From a virus (taxonomy: Duplodnaviria; Caudoviricetes), in the IMG/VR virus record IMGVR_UViG_3300042332_001412, positions 1-54,016 of that record: 54,016 nt of DNA; one strand, 5' to 3'. Within the stretch, counting starts at the first letter, position 1. Each line of letters begins with the position of its first letter. The position numbers and the translations under genes were made by a program. Of this stretch, positions 1 to 9,700 are shown one piece after another. The notes under the pieces were generated by a model that saw nothing but the letters and a program-made list of their open reading frames with translations, made no database searches and was not told where the DNA came from.

Positions 1-1385
1 AGGTTGATGACTCTGGTTCTTCTGTAGTAAACATTGTCGTTTGCCTGAAGAGCACCAGAACGCTGGGTTAGACCACCTGCGAATGGGTTTGCAACCATGC
101 CGTAACGGGTCTTGAAGCCAATCTTTGGCTGGAAGGTGTCCTGACCGATGGAACGAACCATCTGGAGAGGAACATATGGGCAATAGAAGAGACCTGCATC
201 ATATGCATTGCTTCCCTTATAACCCATTACATAGTAATGATCGTTGGAGATATTTGCTGAATAAGGATCAACATATACCTTGATGCGACCATTGATTGTA
301 CCAGCTAGAGTTGATACGGTGTCGTCTGGGGTGTCTGAAGTGTTGAGTAGTGGGGTGTAATCCATTACCTTAGCAGCAGCTAGAGCACTTGCAACATCTG
401 CTGAACAGACGATGAAGTTGCCCTTTCCTCTACGAGTCTCATGACCGATTGCGTTTGCATCACGCTCAATCTGGAATAGTAGACCCTTGAACTTCTCTAC
501 TGACCAACGACCATTGGAGTCAACATCGAGGTCGAAAGTACCAGCGTTAGCAACATTGTTCTGAGCACCAGGCTTAGCAGTTACATAGATGGTACGAACT
601 ACTTCACGGTTGATTTCAGTTAGAATCTCTGAGCTTAGAATGTTAGCTAGCTCAGTCTCAGCATCAAGACCATGGATAGCCTTGAGGTCTTGTGCTAGTT
701 CTAGGGTGTACTCAGCTTTTAGAGCACGGCTCTTTGCTGTTACAGTAACCTTCTCGATTGAGAAGCTCATTTCACGGAACTCTGAACCTGCCTCGCCTAG
801 AGCTTCAGCAGCGTTGGTGTTCATACCCTGTACATAACCGTAGTTACCTGCAGGTGAAGCATTTAGTACGCCTGGGTTGGTTGCACCTTCGCCAGTTGCT
901 GCAGAGTATGCACCACCAGCAGCAGAGAAACCTGAAGGAACTTCGTTGAAGAAGGTCTCGTTGTCGAATACATTTGGAGTAGCACCGTTACCATTACGGT
1001 CAGTACCACGATGAGCACGCATTGCGAAGATTAGTCCAGTAGGACCGCTCATTGGCTGAACACCGCAAATGTCATAAGCAATTAGCTTAGGCATTGAACG
1101 GCGGATTAGGCTGATTAGAACAGGATCGAAACCAGCAACTGGACCACCAGCAGCAGCACCACCTGAGAAACCATGAGCGCCTGCACCAGCTCCACCTGAG
1201 GTGAATGAACCAGTGCTGTTAACGGCAACCTCGGAAAGAACGCCACGCTCTTCACGAAGGAATGACTCTTGGTTCTCTAGAAGAACTGCAGTTACAGCTT
1301 TACGATATCTGTCTGTAATTGGGTTTAGATCGTTGTGCTCCAAAATAGGAGCCCATTTCTTTTGAAGTGATTCTGAATTAAACAT
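1..1385 (-). CDS. gp23: Major capsid protein (T4 gp23-like), 3' end truncated by the window edge
   Basis: Not in the ORF track. Manual translation from ATG at 1385 gives MFNSESLQKKWAPILEH...; later motifs are GVQPMSGPTGLIFAMR and YCPYVPLQMVRSIGQDTFQPKIGFKTRYGMVANPF...NVYYRRTRVINL. It follows gp22. Confidence 0.97.
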   Translation of the reverse strand, partial: MFNSESLQKKWAPILEHNDLNPITDRYRKAVTAVLLENQESFLREERGVLSEVAVNSTGSFTSGGAGAGAHGFSGGAAAGGPVAGFDPVLISLIRRSMPKLIAYDICGVQPMSGPTGLIFAMRAHRGTDRNGNGATPNVFDNETFFNEVPSGFSAAGGAYSAATGEGATNPGVLNASPAGNYGYVQGMNTNAAEALGEAGSEFREMSFSIEKVTVTAKSRALKAEYTLELAQDLKAIHGLDAETELANILSSEILTEINREVVRTIYVTAKPGAQNNVANAGTFDLDVDSNGRWSVEKFKGLLFQIERDANAIGHETRRGKGNFIVCSADVASALAAAKVMDYTPLLNTSDTPDDTVSTLAGTINGRIKVYVDPYSANISNDHYYVMGYKGSNAYDAGLFYCPYVPLQMVRSIGQDTFQPKIGFKTRYGMVANPFAGGLTQRSGALQANDNVYYRRTRVIN

Positions 1386-1433
1386 TGGGGGGTAACTCCT
1401 GGGTTGTTAAATTTATTGTTAGGAATCTATTAA

Positions 1434-1441
1434 TATTTATA
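1434..1441 (-). promoter_or_regulatory. T4-type late promoter TATAAATA upstream of gp23
   Basis: Exact match to the T4 late consensus on the minus strand in the gp22-gp23 intergenic region. Confidence 0.8.
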
Positions 1442-1454
1442 TAAATCTAGACTA

Positions 1455-2597
1455 TCACTGAGCCCATCTGGAAACAGCTTGTACATAAGCTGCCATTGGT
1501 CCCTCGTAGAAGTCTTGATTTTTCTCAACTAGGTCTTCCACATAATTTGATTGAAGTCTTGGGAAATAGTTTTCCTTAATAGTCTCAACCTTGTCACGGA
1601 AAGATTCTTCACTAATAAACTCAACACCTTCTGAAAGGTTGAACAGTTTTTCTTTCTGTGTTTCTGCTAGACCTTCGGATACTTCTGCAATAATTCCATT
1701 TTTAATGTATGATCCGATTTCTTGGTTTAGCCCAACATTGATTTCAATCTGTTCGTTGAGTTTTTCCTCCATCTCATCTAGTTTAGTTGCCATTTCGGCA
1801 ACTACATCTTGTTCCTCTTCAGGGAGATCAATATTGTTCTCCAAGAAGAGATTTGCAAGACCTTGCATTAGATTTTCAGCAATTTCGGTCTTGATGCCAT
1901 TATCAATAGAAAGCTGGTTCTCAGCAATCCACTGCTCAGCAACATAATCAAGGTGAGCGTCTACACGAGTCTCTAGGGACTCAGCAATCTCTTCGATTTC
2001 TTCGATTAGACGCTGTTCGTATAGTGCCTCAAACTTTTGAACTTCTTCAACTACTTTTGCTTTTACTGCAGCTTCAAAAATTGTAGCTGCTTTTTGCATG
2101 AAGTGTTCGGAGAGTTCTTCTCCGTAGAAGAGAGCATTGAGATCGTCGGTTACATCGACTTCAATCTCTTCTGCCTTCATTTCTGTTTTTTCTTTTTTAG
2201 AAGATTTTTTCTTATCTTCCTTCTCATCTTCATCTTCTTCATCTTCATCATCATCTTCTTGAGCTTCATAAATTAGCTCTTCATCATCTAGCTCTTCCTC
2301 TTCTCTCATTCCCTTTTGACCAGGAGCTGAGCCTTGGAGGCGAGCCATACCATCTGGTGACTTTGCACCAGCATTTACTTTAGAAGATGACTTACTCATT
2401 CTTGAAGAAGCCTTCTTGCCAATTTCATCACCTTCTGGTTTAGTTGTGGAAGAACCACCTAGTTCCTCTGGGGATGCACCCTGGCCAGGAGTGCTGTGCT
2501 GTAATTTTTGCATACGGTCTCCTGGTTTTGCGTGAGCAGTGACAATGTTTCCTTCTTCTAGAAATTCGTCAAATTCTGTATTTAATACATTGGACAT
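1455..2597 (-). CDS. gp22: Prohead core scaffolding protein (gp22-like)
   Basis: Acidic coiled-coil protein with ELSEHFMQKAATIFEAAV, YVAEQWIAEN, LAETQKEKL and KVETIKENYF; lies between gp21 and gp23. Confidence 0.93.
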   Translation of the reverse strand: MSNVLNTEFDEFLEEGNIVTAHAKPGDRMQKLQHSTPGQGASPEELGGSSTTKPEGDEIGKKASSRMSKSSSKVNAGAKSPDGMARLQGSAPGQKGMREEEELDDEELIYEAQEDDDEDEEDEDEKEDKKKSSKKEKTEMKAEEIEVDVTDDLNALFYGEELSEHFMQKAATIFEAAVKAKVVEEVQKFEALYEQRLIEEIEEIAESLETRVDAHLDYVAEQWIAENQLSIDNGIKTEIAENLMQGLANLFLENNIDLPEEEQDVVAEMATKLDEMEEKLNEQIEINVGLNQEIGSYIKNGIIAEVSEGLAETQKEKLFNLSEGVEFISEESFRDKVETIKENYFPRLQSNYVEDLVEKNQDFYEGPMAAYVQAVSRWAQ

Positions 2598-2636
2598 CGA
2601 AAAAACCCTCTAGAAATATGTGATATTTTCTACTAT

Positions 2637-2644
2637 TATTTATG
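2637..2644 (-). promoter_or_regulatory. Late promoter-like CATAAATA upstream of gp22
   Basis: nATAAATA overlapping the gp21 stop codon, about 40 nt upstream of the gp22 start. Confidence 0.6.
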
Positions 2645-3293
2645 AAATTTTGATATTACGAAGAAAACTTTCAAAAACTTGTAGTTTTCTTTCGGATAAT
2701 TGATTAGAAGATGCTCTATTAATTGCTTGTTTATAGCGATTAATTACCCTCTCTTCTAACATTCCATTGTTCCAAATCCATTCTCTACCTTCCATAATAC
2801 CTTGCACGAAAGCATCTGGAGCAGAGGGATCTGCAACAATGTCAGCAGCAGTAGATAACATAAAGTCATCTTTTACTACATTAACGCCATTTCTTTCCTC
2901 AATAGATCCAACTCCTCTTGAAGAAACACCAAGACAAACGCCAGACTCAAGTAGAGACTTAGCGATTTTGCCCATTGGAGTTTCTAGAATTTGAGCCTTA
3001 CCAATAAAGTTTGTTCCTTCTGAACGAAGAGAAACAATCTTATGAGATACTCTATCTAGATTAATTGTTGGACTATCTGGATGGCCTAGTTCGCCTAGAG
3101 CACGACCTTTGGCAACATAGTTCTCGTTATAAGAACCAACCTCTCTTTCAAGAGTTTCCATCGGATACATTCTGCCATTGCGGTTTTTTAGTTCCGCTTG
3201 GAGAAATACTCCTTCAATATATAGGTTTTTTCTACCACCTCTTTCTTCGGTGATAACCTTAATATTTTCTATAGTTTCTGTGATTAGTTTCAT
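2640..3293 (-). CDS. gp21: Prohead protease (gp21-like)
   Basis: MKLITE..., YIEGVFLQAELKNRNGRMYP, ALGELGHP, GVSSRGVGS and DIVADPSAPDAFV. Confidence 0.96.
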   Translation of the reverse strand: MKLITETIENIKVITEERGGRKNLYIEGVFLQAELKNRNGRMYPMETLEREVGSYNENYVAKGRALGELGHPDSPTINLDRVSHKIVSLRSEGTNFIGKAQILETPMGKIAKSLLESGVCLGVSSRGVGSIEERNGVNVVKDDFMLSTAADIVADPSAPDAFVQGIMEGREWIWNNGMLEERVINRYKQAINRASSNQLSERKLQVFESFLRNIKIS

Positions 3294-3541
3294 TGTTCGT
3301 ACTCTTCTTCTGGTACTTCGTCGTCGTACTCTTCTTCATATTCAATTTCTTGGTCATCATCTTCATAATAATCATCATCACTCTCGTAGTTTCCAGTTGC
3401 AAACATATTTTGAGCAATTTCAACTTTTCTCATTCCAATCTTTTCAGAAGCTTTTCCAAAAAGGGTATCATAAATTTTTTCATTTGCATTTACATTGTTT
3501 CTAGCAATAATACTATCAACAATTTCTTGTGACAAAGACAT
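3290..3541 (-). CDS. Small acidic prohead-associated protein (gp67/gp68 position)
   Basis: 83 aa with a very acidic C-terminus, between gp20 and gp21; ATGA overlap with gp21. Confidence 0.65.
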   Translation of the reverse strand: MSLSQEIVDSIIARNNVNANEKIYDTLFGKASEKIGMRKVEIAQNMFATGNYESDDDYYEDDDQEIEYEEEYDDEVPEEEYEQ

Positions 3542-3575
3542 AAAAACTCCAATAATATATTAAAATTACAATAAC

Positions 3576-3583
3576 TATTTATT
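3576..3583 (-). promoter_or_regulatory. Late promoter-like AATAAATA
   Basis: nATAAATA at the gp20 stop, upstream of the 83-aa ORF and gp21. Confidence 0.5.
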
Positions 3584-5243
3584 AAAATTTACCTCTTCCA
3601 TAATCTGATGGAGAAATAAAGTTTTTAAAATCATTATCAACTCCACCTCCAGCAGGGCCAGCTTCCCCAGATGCAGCAACATCAGTTTGCATTTGCTGAT
3701 CTTGTCCTGGAGGTAAAGCTCCTTGTTGGTCCATCATCATCTGAGTTGGATCTTGAATAATTCCTAATTGTTTTTCTTGTTCAATTTGCATATCAATCTC
3801 TTCAATTTCATCATCAGTTTGTTTTAGTATTTGTCTACGAACATATTCCACAGAGAAATATTTACCTAGATATGGTTCTACTTGATTTACAATATTTAAT
3901 CTGTCATTTAAAATTTCAGTATTTTTGAGTTCAGTGAAATGATTATCAAAAATATAATCGTATTGAATATATTCTTTCATTTCTTCCCAATCATCTGCAG
4001 TAATAATTCCTTTTAGAATTAACTGAGTTCTGAGAAGATCATTAAATAGATCACTAAAACGCTTACGAAGTCTGCCTACAAATTTGGCAAACTTTAGTTC
4101 ATCTCGGGTGATCTCATTAGTTCTTCCGATGGTAAATGAAGATTCTTGCTCTAGTCTTGAGAGAGGAATATTCAGAGACTTGTATAGTTTCTTCTGGAAA
4201 TACTTAACATCCTCTAGTTCTCCAAGATTCTGTCCGCCAGGTAGTGTAGTAATTTCTGTACCACGACCACCTTCACGACGAGGAAGCCAGAAGTCCTCAA
4301 GCATACTCATGTGCTTTCTGTCGTCTCTAATTTCACCAGTTGCAGAATCATATACAACTTTGTTTCTGTATCTTCCCATTACTTCACGAAGATACTGCTC
4401 AGCTTTAATTTTAGGTAGATTTCCTACATCAATATAGAAAATTCTACGCTCTGGAGCACGAGATAATCTATAAATTACTAGAGAATCTTCGATCATTCTT
4501 AATTGGTTTACTGACTTAATTGCCTTATACAGGTAACTAAGAACCATATTTCTATTATGATCAAACAATCCAGATGTTACATAAGTTACTGCATCATTTG
4601 AAATCTTGATGCCATTTGCATCTGAACCTTTATATCCCTTTGGAAAATAAATGTAATATTCAATAAACTCACCATAGTCATATTTTTGACCTTCCATGGT
4701 GGTTAGAGAATCTACACTTTTTTGCCTTTTAATTTCTCTGACTCTTTTAATTTTAAGGGAGTCTATATATCTAAGTTCTTTGATGCCTTCTTTTGGTTTA
4801 TCAAAATCAATAATTTTATGGTAATATAATCTGCCGTCAATATACCAGCGACGGAAAATATTGTGGCATTTTTTATCAAAATTTAGAAGCCTTAAAATAT
4901 TTCCAAATTCTTCTTTAATAGATTTTTTAATTTTATCACTTGCTTGCAGTGTAGAAAGTTCTACGGATACTGGAGCATAGTCCAAATCACTACTGATAGA
5001 TTCATTAATAATATCATCAATAGCACTATCAATTTCTGGGTGAAGTGCAATTTCTCTATACTTTCTAACTAATTCAAACTCGTTATTGTGCTGTCCTACT
5101 CCATCTAAATCTAGATACTGACCAAAATAGGCACCTGCGGCGACTACCGAGGTGCCATCATCATCATTAGGAGGCGCTGGTGAAAACGCCTTTGCTGGTT
5201 TCTTTTTTCTATCTTCAATGGAGAAACCAAATAATTGGGTCAT
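3582..5243 (-). CDS. gp20: Portal vertex protein (gp20-like)
   Basis: FRRWYIDGRLYYHK, NQLRMIEDSLVIYRLSRAPERRIFYIDVGNLPK and MLEDFWLPRREGGRGTEITTLPGG. Confidence 0.98.
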   Translation of the reverse strand: MTQLFGFSIEDRKKKPAKAFSPAPPNDDDGTSVVAAGAYFGQYLDLDGVGQHNNEFELVRKYREIALHPEIDSAIDDIINESISSDLDYAPVSVELSTLQASDKIKKSIKEEFGNILRLLNFDKKCHNIFRRWYIDGRLYYHKIIDFDKPKEGIKELRYIDSLKIKRVREIKRQKSVDSLTTMEGQKYDYGEFIEYYIYFPKGYKGSDANGIKISNDAVTYVTSGLFDHNRNMVLSYLYKAIKSVNQLRMIEDSLVIYRLSRAPERRIFYIDVGNLPKIKAEQYLREVMGRYRNKVVYDSATGEIRDDRKHMSMLEDFWLPRREGGRGTEITTLPGGQNLGELEDVKYFQKKLYKSLNIPLSRLEQESSFTIGRTNEITRDELKFAKFVGRLRKRFSDLFNDLLRTQLILKGIITADDWEEMKEYIQYDYIFDNHFTELKNTEILNDRLNIVNQVEPYLGKYFSVEYVRRQILKQTDDEIEEIDMQIEQEKQLGIIQDPTQMMMDQQGALPPGQDQQMQTDVAASGEAGPAGGGVDNDFKNFISPSDYGRGKF

Positions 5244-5266
5244 AATAATCCTAAAACTCTTTTATA

Positions 5267-5274
5267 TATTTAGT
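5267..5274 (-). promoter_or_regulatory. Late promoter-like ACTAAATA upstream of gp20
   Basis: TAAATA core in the gp19-gp20 intergenic region. Confidence 0.5.
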
Positions 5275-5275
5275 A

Positions 5276-5908
5276 TCAAAGATTAGTGGTTGTATTCTCA
5301 AAGAAGTTGTATTGGAATTCTACAGTGAACTCTTCGATCTGATCATTTGCTTCAAATGATAGATCAATTGAAGAAATTGCTGAAGGCCAAGCATCATAGA
5401 ATTTATATGCACGGATTACATCCATTCCATCAACTCCTACATTGTTTGGATTTGCGGGAGTTCTGTTTGGAGTCTGACCATCTCTGCTTAATTGAAACAC
5501 AGTCATATCCACACAATATGATGCTCCACCATCTGCACCATATCCTAACTGAGAGACATTCTCTGTTAGAGCGTTGATACCTCTTGACCATGCCTCAAAC
5601 GCCTGACGGATTTGAAACTGACCATCGTTTACAATGGTTACTGACCATGGCTCAAATGTTCTGTCTCCAGCAACCTTGAGCATTCTTCCACGAAAAGGAA
5701 CTTCGATAGTTCCAATGTTTGAAGCAGGAATTTGAGCAGTTTTAACCATGAACTCAGCTTGAGTTGTTAGGTTATTTGCAGAAGTGATAGGTCCGATGTC
5801 TGCAATTTGAGAGATCTGTGAAGGGAAGTTAAGTCTAACTAGAAATAGATTAGGTCTAGCACCACCCTTCTTTAGATATGATTTGAAATCTGAAATACTC
5901 TTAGCCAT
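5276..5908 (-). CDS. gp19: Tail tube protein (gp19-like)
   Basis: GGARPNLF, VPFRGRMLKVAGDRTFEPWSVT and IEEFTVEFQY. Confidence 0.96.
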   Translation of the reverse strand: MAKSISDFKSYLKKGGARPNLFLVRLNFPSQISQIADIGPITSANNLTTQAEFMVKTAQIPASNIGTIEVPFRGRMLKVAGDRTFEPWSVTIVNDGQFQIRQAFEAWSRGINALTENVSQLGYGADGGASYCVDMTVFQLSRDGQTPNRTPANPNNVGVDGMDVIRAYKFYDAWPSAISSIDLSFEANDQIEEFTVEFQYNFFENTTTNL

Positions 5909-5939
5909 TGTTTTCTCCTAAATGGTTTACGAAAAATAA

Positions 5940-7958
5940 TTACTGAGTTAATTCGCCAAAGGAAACACCAGTTCTTGTAGCTACGAAGGTGATGGTGATG
6001 AAGTTAATGCTTCTAGCAGGCTTGATATAAATTTCAGCATTGAATTCATTTCTGTCAATAACATCTGGTGTGTTATTAGTTTCATCACAAACAACAAGGA
6101 AATCATAAATTCCTCTTCTACCTTGAACCCCTCTGAGATAAGGCTCGACAGCAGCTTTAAATGAACTTCTGGTTACTTCGTCATTAATTTCAAATAGCTG
6201 GAACTTGGAGAAGTTCGCAACATTTTTCTCAAGCTCAATAAAGAGTCTGCGAACATTAATTCTATTGAAAGCACTAGGAGATGCTAGAGCAGTTTTATCA
6301 CCAAATAGAACGATACCTTGTCCTGGGAAAGAAACAATAGGATTGATTCTATTTGTGTATAGTCTATCTCTTTCTGACTGTTTTGGTGAGTATGCAAGCT
6401 TAGTTGCATTCTTTAGATTGCCTCTGTTATATCCTGCTGGTGAAAACCAAGTTTCAGAATTAATAGTGGCATTGATGCAAAGACCAGCAACATCAGCAGC
6501 ACAAGGAACATAACGATATGTGTCATTAAACTTATCGTAGATATACTTGTATCCAGAATCAAAGATTGCAAATGAACTGCTTGTTATATTGCTAAAGAAG
6601 TCAATGATGTTTTCTGTCTTAATAGCACTAGTTGAGCTATTGATTACATCACTTCTTCTTGGTGAAATGACTGCCATGCAGTCTCTTCTTGATTCAGTAA
6701 TATCAATTAGCTTAAGTGCTCTATCAAGACTAATTTTTCCTGGTACTAAGAAATCAACATCATTAAAGGTTTCTGAATCTCTTAGAATTTCATAACCAGC
6801 AGTGACAGCAGCTTCGATATCGGCAGCGTCAGAACTGAACAGATAATCTGCTCCACCAGTTAAGCTAAAACCTAATACTGAAGATCCTGAACTTGAAATT
6901 AGTGAGAATACTTTGTTTGAGCTATTAGTCTCGCCAATATTTGCAACTGTTGTACCTTCTAGGGTAGGAGTTTTTGAAGTTCCAATAAAATCAATTCCAG
7001 TTGAGTAACCTGGGAATACATACTTAGATCTTTCTGCTAAAGCTGAATGGAAATAAACTAGTGAACCATCTAGAGTACTTGCATCTTTTGCTTTTGAAAC
7101 AAATAGATATTTCTCAAGAACTGTATTTGGAGTTCCAGTAATGATTCCGTCTTCATCTAGAACAAGGATGTGCATTTCATCAAATTTTCCTCCCTTGGAA
7201 GCTACAGAAGATGAAGTTCCTGGCTGAGGTGCAATATCTCTCCACTTAAGACCAGAAGCATACTCAAGTGTGTCATAGTAAGTATTATCAACTGCACTGA
7301 TTGTACCTGCAGCAACTAAAACTACTGGAGTTCCAGCATTATCAGTAATGCTGTAAGTCTCATATCCTACACTTGCAATTCTTTTTGTGCTATCGTTTAG
7401 AACAATGTATAGCTTATTTGCAGTTGCATCTAATTTATAGATCCAACCAGTTCCTACTGTGTCAGATCCATTTTTGATTACAATAGCATCTCCAGCAGCT
7501 ACTGTAGGATCAGTGCCAGTGTAAGTAATTACTTGATCTACACCGTGATCAACTGCGACTACTTTAAGTGAATTTAATTTTGTCCCAGCACTTCTACCAG
7601 CAAATTTAAATGCTGCTCCAGAATAATTATCATAGTCAAATTTACTCTTAATAATAAAAGTTGTTAGTCCAGCATCTGAAGCTGAATTAAGAACAATATT
7701 TGAACTTGATGGTCTAATAACAGCAGCAATTCCGCCATACTCAATGATGGTTGATGCAGCAAACCAAGACTCATAGTTGTTATCATTTGGTCTGCCAAAT
7801 GTTTCAACTAATTCTCTTTCGCTAGATACAAAAGTTACTGTATCTACAGGACCAGTTTCTGCAGCAATTACAACTGCACCGACATTCTGGTCAGATACAT
7901 TAACTACAGGAGTTAAGTCAATTTCTTTGATGGATACTCCAGGTGAAGCAAACGCCAT
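5940..7958 (-). CDS. gp18: Tail sheath protein (gp18-like)
   Basis: SPGVSIKEIDLT, WFSPAGYNRG, FGDKTAL, SAFNRINVRRLF and IYIKPARSINFI. Confidence 0.97.
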   Translation of the reverse strand: MAFASPGVSIKEIDLTPVVNVSDQNVGAVVIAAETGPVDTVTFVSSERELVETFGRPNDNNYESWFAASTIIEYGGIAAVIRPSSSNIVLNSASDAGLTTFIIKSKFDYDNYSGAAFKFAGRSAGTKLNSLKVVAVDHGVDQVITYTGTDPTVAAGDAIVIKNGSDTVGTGWIYKLDATANKLYIVLNDSTKRIASVGYETYSITDNAGTPVVLVAAGTISAVDNTYYDTLEYASGLKWRDIAPQPGTSSSVASKGGKFDEMHILVLDEDGIITGTPNTVLEKYLFVSKAKDASTLDGSLVYFHSALAERSKYVFPGYSTGIDFIGTSKTPTLEGTTVANIGETNSSNKVFSLISSSGSSVLGFSLTGGADYLFSSDAADIEAAVTAGYEILRDSETFNDVDFLVPGKISLDRALKLIDITESRRDCMAVISPRRSDVINSSTSAIKTENIIDFFSNITSSSFAIFDSGYKYIYDKFNDTYRYVPCAADVAGLCINATINSETWFSPAGYNRGNLKNATKLAYSPKQSERDRLYTNRINPIVSFPGQGIVLFGDKTALASPSAFNRINVRRLFIELEKNVANFSKFQLFEINDEVTRSSFKAAVEPYLRGVQGRRGIYDFLVVCDETNNTPDVIDRNEFNAEIYIKPARSINFITITFVATRTGVSFGELTQ

Positions 7959-7992
7959 GTTTATTACCTCTATGAGATTTTTTTCTCAAAAC

Positions 7993-8000
7993 TATTTATT
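7993..8000 (-). promoter_or_regulatory. Late promoter-like AATAAATA upstream of gp18
   Basis: nATAAATA, with a tandem copy at 7997-8004, in the gp17-gp18 intergenic region. Confidence 0.6.
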
Positions 8001-8017
8001 TATCTTTATATTTTGAA

Positions 8018-9694
8018 CTACCTATATTCCCACATGTACGCCATGTCTCCATATTCATCAGTATTCCATTTATTATCAGCAGCAGAAGTCCAATAATCTC
8101 CTTTATTATCTACAAATGTAGTTTCTGAATCTGTTAAGCCATCCAGTATAAAACCAAATGGAGCCATATCCTGCTCAATAGCCTCTCTTTGATCTTCAAA
8201 AATTCTTTTTCTAACATCATTTGAAGTAAGCTCCCTAAAATAAGGTTGAGTTGATAGCCAAGAGAAAATAACTAGACACATTGCCAAGTCATCATTGCAA
8301 CCTTCTTCTGCCGAAAAGGTATCACTTTTTTGAATAAAAGTTGTGAGTTCACTAATAATATCGTAGTCAGGTATTAATAATTTATCATCTTCAATCATTG
8401 CTTTCAAGTTGGCACAACCATATTTCTTAACTGCCTTGGTCATTTTGACTCCAAGTTGTGCCTTATTGGAGAATCCAGTTCCAACAATCTGTCCTGCACG
8501 ACCCTTCATTGCACACATAAGAAGATTATCATATTCAAGATCAAATTGAAGAATATCAGCTACCTGCCCTCCAATGTCATTAACCTCTACTAGGACATTT
8601 GAATTGTTATAACTTCTACCTACAGTATCAATGATATTTGGGAATAAAATAGGTTTGATTTCGTTATTTTTATATTTTGCAACTAACTTATATGGAATTG
8701 TAGTTACATCCATAACAGTAAATGCAGAGTAGTCATTTCCAACACCTCTTGCCACATCCACAGTCATTACATAATCATGACCTTCTATCGGATCTTCATA
8801 TACATCTAATCCTGCACTTCTCTTCAATGGATCATCATAGACCATTGTACGAAGTTTATTAGGATTGATTAAAGTATCAACAGATCCCAGGAAGGTACAT
8901 TCAAATTCCTGCTCAAACTGTCTTTGAGAAGTGTTTGAAATAGTTTCTTCTTTCCACTTCTGGTCTCTTCCTGGAACATCCCACCAATTAACTTCCAATG
9001 GTGTGTAACTGTTCTTTCCTCGTTCTGCATCGTGCCAGAACTTATAGAACATGTTCATTCCATTTGGAGTGGAAATGATAATAACTTTGGTAGTCTTACC
9101 AGATGAAATAGTGGGATATACAGAACTGAAAAACTGTTCTGCAATATGGTTTGGAATGAATGCAAATTCGTCCAGGAAGATGATGTTAAAAGAGTTTCCT
9201 CGGACAGCAGATGATGAGGTAGAAGCAGCAATAATCTTGGATCCGTTCTCTAGCTCCAGTGATCCACGGTTCCAAGAACCCACGCCCTGCTGTAGCCATT
9301 TAGGTAGGTTTTCGTATGATAACTGCAATCTGGATAGAAGTTCCCTTGAGGTCTCTGCTTTGTTTGCAAGAATTGCGATTTTTACATTTGGATTGAACAA
9401 AGCATAATGTAACAGATAGGAAACAACCGTAGTTGATTTTCCAGTCTGTCTTGGAAGCTTTGCGATATTAAATCTATGCCTATGAAAATTGTCAATCAAT
9501 TTTTCTTGGAAGTCCCACATTTTAAATGGGACTAGACCATCATCAAGAGAAACAATTTTGATGTATTTTTTTGCAAAGTAGATTGGATCTTCTTGGCACT
9601 TCAAATACTCTTCTAGCTGTTCAGAAGTAAATTGAATCTGAACATTGGAAGGTTTGAGATTAGGATTACCCTTATAACTAGATCTTTCACTCAT
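8018..9694 (-). CDS. gp17: Terminase large subunit (gp17-like)
   Basis: Walker A PRQTGKST, Walker B IIFLDEFAF, ISTPNG; nuclease motifs VDVARG..D and DDLAM. Confidence 0.98.
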   Translation of the reverse strand: MSERSSYKGNPNLKPSNVQIQFTSEQLEEYLKCQEDPIYFAKKYIKIVSLDDGLVPFKMWDFQEKLIDNFHRHRFNIAKLPRQTGKSTTVVSYLLHYALFNPNVKIAILANKAETSRELLSRLQLSYENLPKWLQQGVGSWNRGSLELENGSKIIAASTSSSAVRGNSFNIIFLDEFAFIPNHIAEQFFSSVYPTISSGKTTKVIIISTPNGMNMFYKFWHDAERGKNSYTPLEVNWWDVPGRDQKWKEETISNTSQRQFEQEFECTFLGSVDTLINPNKLRTMVYDDPLKRSAGLDVYEDPIEGHDYVMTVDVARGVGNDYSAFTVMDVTTIPYKLVAKYKNNEIKPILFPNIIDTVGRSYNNSNVLVEVNDIGGQVADILQFDLEYDNLLMCAMKGRAGQIVGTGFSNKAQLGVKMTKAVKKYGCANLKAMIEDDKLLIPDYDIISELTTFIQKSDTFSAEEGCNDDLAMCLVIFSWLSTQPYFRELTSNDVRKRIFEDQREAIEQDMAPFGFILDGLTDSETTFVDNKGDYWTSAADNKWNTDEYGDMAYMWEYR

Positions 9695-9700
9695 AATAAA

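Noticed and set aside
3582-9694. Introns or inteins in the portal, sheath or terminase genes
   Set aside because: The ORFs are uninterrupted and of ordinary length, with no intein splice motifs seen.
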